A stretch of DNA of 35,422 nucleotides, from positions 1 to 35,422 of the forward strand of contig JBMCMJ010000001.1 of NCBI GenBank assembly GCA_048615135.1, written 5' to 3'. Positions within the stretch are counted from its first letter, which is position 1. The number at the start of each line of letters is the position of its first letter. Positions 33,428 through 35,422 of the stretch are shown here, piece after piece. The position numbers and the translations under genes were made by a program. A model generated the notes under the pieces. That model was not told where the DNA came from. It did no database searches and worked only from the letters and a program-made list of their open reading frames with translations. This DNA comes from Pseudomonadota bacterium (GTDB taxonomy: Bacteria; Pseudomonadota; Alphaproteobacteria; Geminicoccales; Geminicoccaceae).

Positions 33428-34846
33428 TCACGGCCGAACACTGGTGCCCGTGCCGAGAACGAGGAGGTCTTGAGGCTCCTCCAGCCCGGAGACGCGGCGA
33501 TCGGTGCGACACGCGAAGCCCGCCGCAGCCCAGCCCTGGCGTGCGGCGCGTGCGGCGGTCGCAGCCGTCGTGACCACGGCGGCGGCTTCGACCTTGGCAT
33601 GCTTCTCCAACTTTGCCGCCACGTTCACGGGCGTGCCGAGCACCGTGTACTCCAGACGCGTCTCGTGACCGACGGGTCCTACCAGTACCGGCCCGCTGAC
33701 GACGGCGATGCCGACCTCGAAGGTGACGAGACCCGCACGGGCGCGCCCGAGGCGCCAGCTTCGAGCCTGCCCGGCGATTCGTTCGGCGGCGCGCAGCGCT
33801 TGCGCGGCATCGGCCTCGCTCGGCGCCAAGGCACCGAAGCTCGCCAGCACACCGTCGCCCAGGTACTTGTCGATGCTGCCCTGCTCGCCGTGCACGAGGG
33901 GGACCACGAGGTCGTGCCACTCCGTCAATGCCGCCATCGTCTCGCTCGGGTCGAGTCCCTCGGTGCGGTTGGTGAAAGCGCGCAGGTCGGCCACCAGGAT
34001 CGTGGCCTCGCGAACCACGCCCTGGCCCGGGACGTCGATGCTCTCGCCGTCGCGGATGCGGCGTGCCACTTCGGGGGCGAGGTAGCGCGACAGCGCGCTT
34101 GCCGCCTGCTCCTCGGCGACCGACGACACCAACAGACGGCGCGCGCGATGGACCGCGAGCGCAAGGACGAGCGTGGTCGCGACGATCGATACGATCTTGT
34201 CGAGCTCGGCACCGACCAGCAGCGCGTGGGAGGTCACATAGGTGACGAAGTCGTGCGTGATCGGCGGCGGGTCGACGAAGCCCGCGTAGGCGACCAACGC
34301 CAACCACCCCAAGGCCGCGGCACCGCCGGTGAGCAGGACGAGTTCGGCCTCCAGGCGCAGCGCCCGAAGTGCGATGAGAATGAAGACGTACATCAGGGTC
34401 GGCGCCTTGAGATAGAGCGCCGGCGGTGCCTGATACTGCAGATGAAAGCTCCAGATCGTGAGCATGAGCACGACGATGTCGATGACGATGGAAAGCCGCA
34501 CGAAGCCACGCCCCAACCGGCGCTTCAGCGCGAGCCGCAAACGCACGGCGGTGAAGCCGGCATAGGCCGCGAGCGTCCAAGGAACGGGCGCGAAAGGGAC
34601 GGTATCGGGAAAGGCCTTCGGCGAGAGCGCGTAGAGGACCGCGAAGCCGACGATGGCGAGGCTCTGGACCAGGCAGACGAGCACCTCGCTGTCGGCATCC
34701 TGGCGGCCGATCGCATGGCGCACGTGCCCCGGCAAGGGCGGCCGAAGGTTGGCACCCAGGACAAAAGTCGAGAGATGACGAAGTCGCCGCAGCAGGCGCG
34801 GGGAGTTCCGAGGGATCGACCGATGGTGCCCCGGAGCCGCGCCCAC
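33428..34846 (-). CDS. Membrane-bound class III adenylate/guanylate cyclase
   Basis: About 6 N-terminal TM helices, then the cyclase catalytic domain: ATILVADLRAFT, IDKYLGDGVLASFG, YTVLGTPVNVAAKLE. The start codon is uncertain. Confidence 0.85.
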   Translation of the reverse strand: MGAAPGHHRSIPRNSPRLLRRLRHLSTFVLGANLRPPLPGHVRHAIGRQDADSEVLVCLVQSLAIVGFAVLYALSPKAFPDTVPFAPVPWTLAAYAGFTAVRLRLALKRRLGRGFVRLSIVIDIVVLMLTIWSFHLQYQAPPALYLKAPTLMYVFILIALRALRLEAELVLLTGGAAALGWLALVAYAGFVDPPPITHDFVTYVTSHALLVGAELDKIVSIVATTLVLALAVHRARRLLVSSVAEEQAASALSRYLAPEVARRIRDGESIDVPGQGVVREATILVADLRAFTNRTEGLDPSETMAALTEWHDLVVPLVHGEQGSIDKYLGDGVLASFGALAPSEADAAQALRAAERIAGQARSWRLGRARAGLVTFEVGIAVVSGPVLVGPVGHETRLEYTVLGTPVNVAAKLEKHAKVEAAAVVTTAATAARAARQGWAAAGFACRTDRRVSGLEEPQDLLVLGTGTSVRP

Positions 34847-34855
34847 GGCCGACGA

Positions 34856-35362
34856 TCAGATACGGCGCGGCGGCCGGTCGCCGTCGCGCATCAGCGAAGT
34901 GACGAGATGGTCGAGGGAGAGCTTGCCGGGACCGAGAACCAGAACGGCGAACAGGGTGACCGCCCACCACATGTGCTGGCTGAACCAAGCGTCGGGGAAG
35001 ACGAAGAACTGGATGACCGCGGTCATCACCAGCATGCCAAGGGCGCCGAACCGGGTCGCCAGCCCAAGGACCAGCATGATCGGCAGCACGTGCTCGGCGA
35101 TGGCGGTAAGATGCGCCGTCAGCACCGGAAACGGCATGCCGAACTCATGCTCGAACAGAAAGGGCTGGCTGGGTTGCAGGGCAAAGATGTTCCAGCCCTC
35201 GACCTTGGTTCGCCCCGAGCGCCAGAAGACGAGGGCGACGGGCAATCGCAGGGCGAGAAGCGCCACCGGGGTCAGCCAAGCGGTGAGCGCATCGACAAGG
35301 TCCTGCAGCATGGCCAAGCGGCTCCGCCAGCCCTCGTCGCCGCGGTGAGAGAATTCCGACAT
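34856..35362 (-). CDS. DoxX family membrane protein
   Basis: LLALRLPVALVFWRSGRTKV, IAEHVLPIMLVLGLATR and four hydrophobic helices. The start could be 35362 (MSEFSH) or the ATG at the window edge (35422). Confidence 0.75.
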   Translation of the reverse strand: MSEFSHRGDEGWRSRLAMLQDLVDALTAWLTPVALLALRLPVALVFWRSGRTKVEGWNIFALQPSQPFLFEHEFGMPFPVLTAHLTAIAEHVLPIMLVLGLATRFGALGMLVMTAVIQFFVFPDAWFSQHMWWAVTLFAVLVLGPGKLSLDHLVTSLMRDGDRPPRRI

Positions 35363-35422
35363 CGACCGAAGCTCCAGAACGGTGTTGGGAATGCGACGTG
35401 GAGCGCGGCCGAGCGTCCGCAT

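Noticed and set aside
1-35422. Genomic island or mobile element boundaries, tRNA or rRNA genes
   Set aside because: I found no integrase, transposase, phage or conjugation genes, no tRNA-like cloverleaf candidates by eye, and no large compositional shift apart from the 45-nt AT-rich patch at 21421-21465. A tRNAscan/Infernal run would be needed to exclude small RNAs rigorously.

Overview
GC-rich bacterial chromosomal segment (about 68-70% G+C by eye, not computed). The gene content looks alphaproteobacterial, but that is inference only. I can support about 38 protein-coding genes on both strands. I saw no rRNA, tRNA, CRISPR array, transposase or integrase. Many long ORFs in the six-frame track lie antisense to recognisable genes and are treated as high-GC artefacts.

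Gene content:
- Redox and sulfur functions: four AhpD/carboxymuconolactone-decarboxylase-like CxxC proteins, DUF302, a c-type cytochrome, a YHS-domain protein, a YeeE/YedE transporter, a DsrE-like protein coupled to a NitT/TauT-type ABC importer, two pyridine-nucleotide-disulfide oxidoreductases, DoxX, and two TVP38/DedA proteins.
- Signalling: a PAS histidine kinase, a Crp/Fnr regulator, a membrane cNMP-binding protein, and a class III nucleotide cyclase.
- Housekeeping and accessory enzymes: GH15, a Gnd-like dehydrogenase, BdhA, patatin, haloalkane dehalogenase, SDR, and a PagL-like protein.

Main finding: a 793-aa protein (4537..6918) has an N-terminal half with the ordered motifs of the tubulin-tyrosine-ligase (TTL/TTLL) ATP-grasp family. 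It is followed by a PqqD-like peptide-recognition segment and a P-loop-less HprK-like segment. It is divergently paired with a 93-aa protein (4079..4360) that has a twin-arginine signal-like leader and a C-terminal tail of about 20 strictly alternating (Ala/Gly)-Glu dipeptides. A second copy of this small protein lies 12 kb away (16535..16783). It has a conserved leader, a lipobox Cys and conserved upstream DNA motifs.

I interpret this as a candidate, apparently undescribed, peptide-tail ligation system. It would be analogous to tubulin-tail glutamylation/glycylation/tyrosination or to RimK. All functional claims for it are inference.
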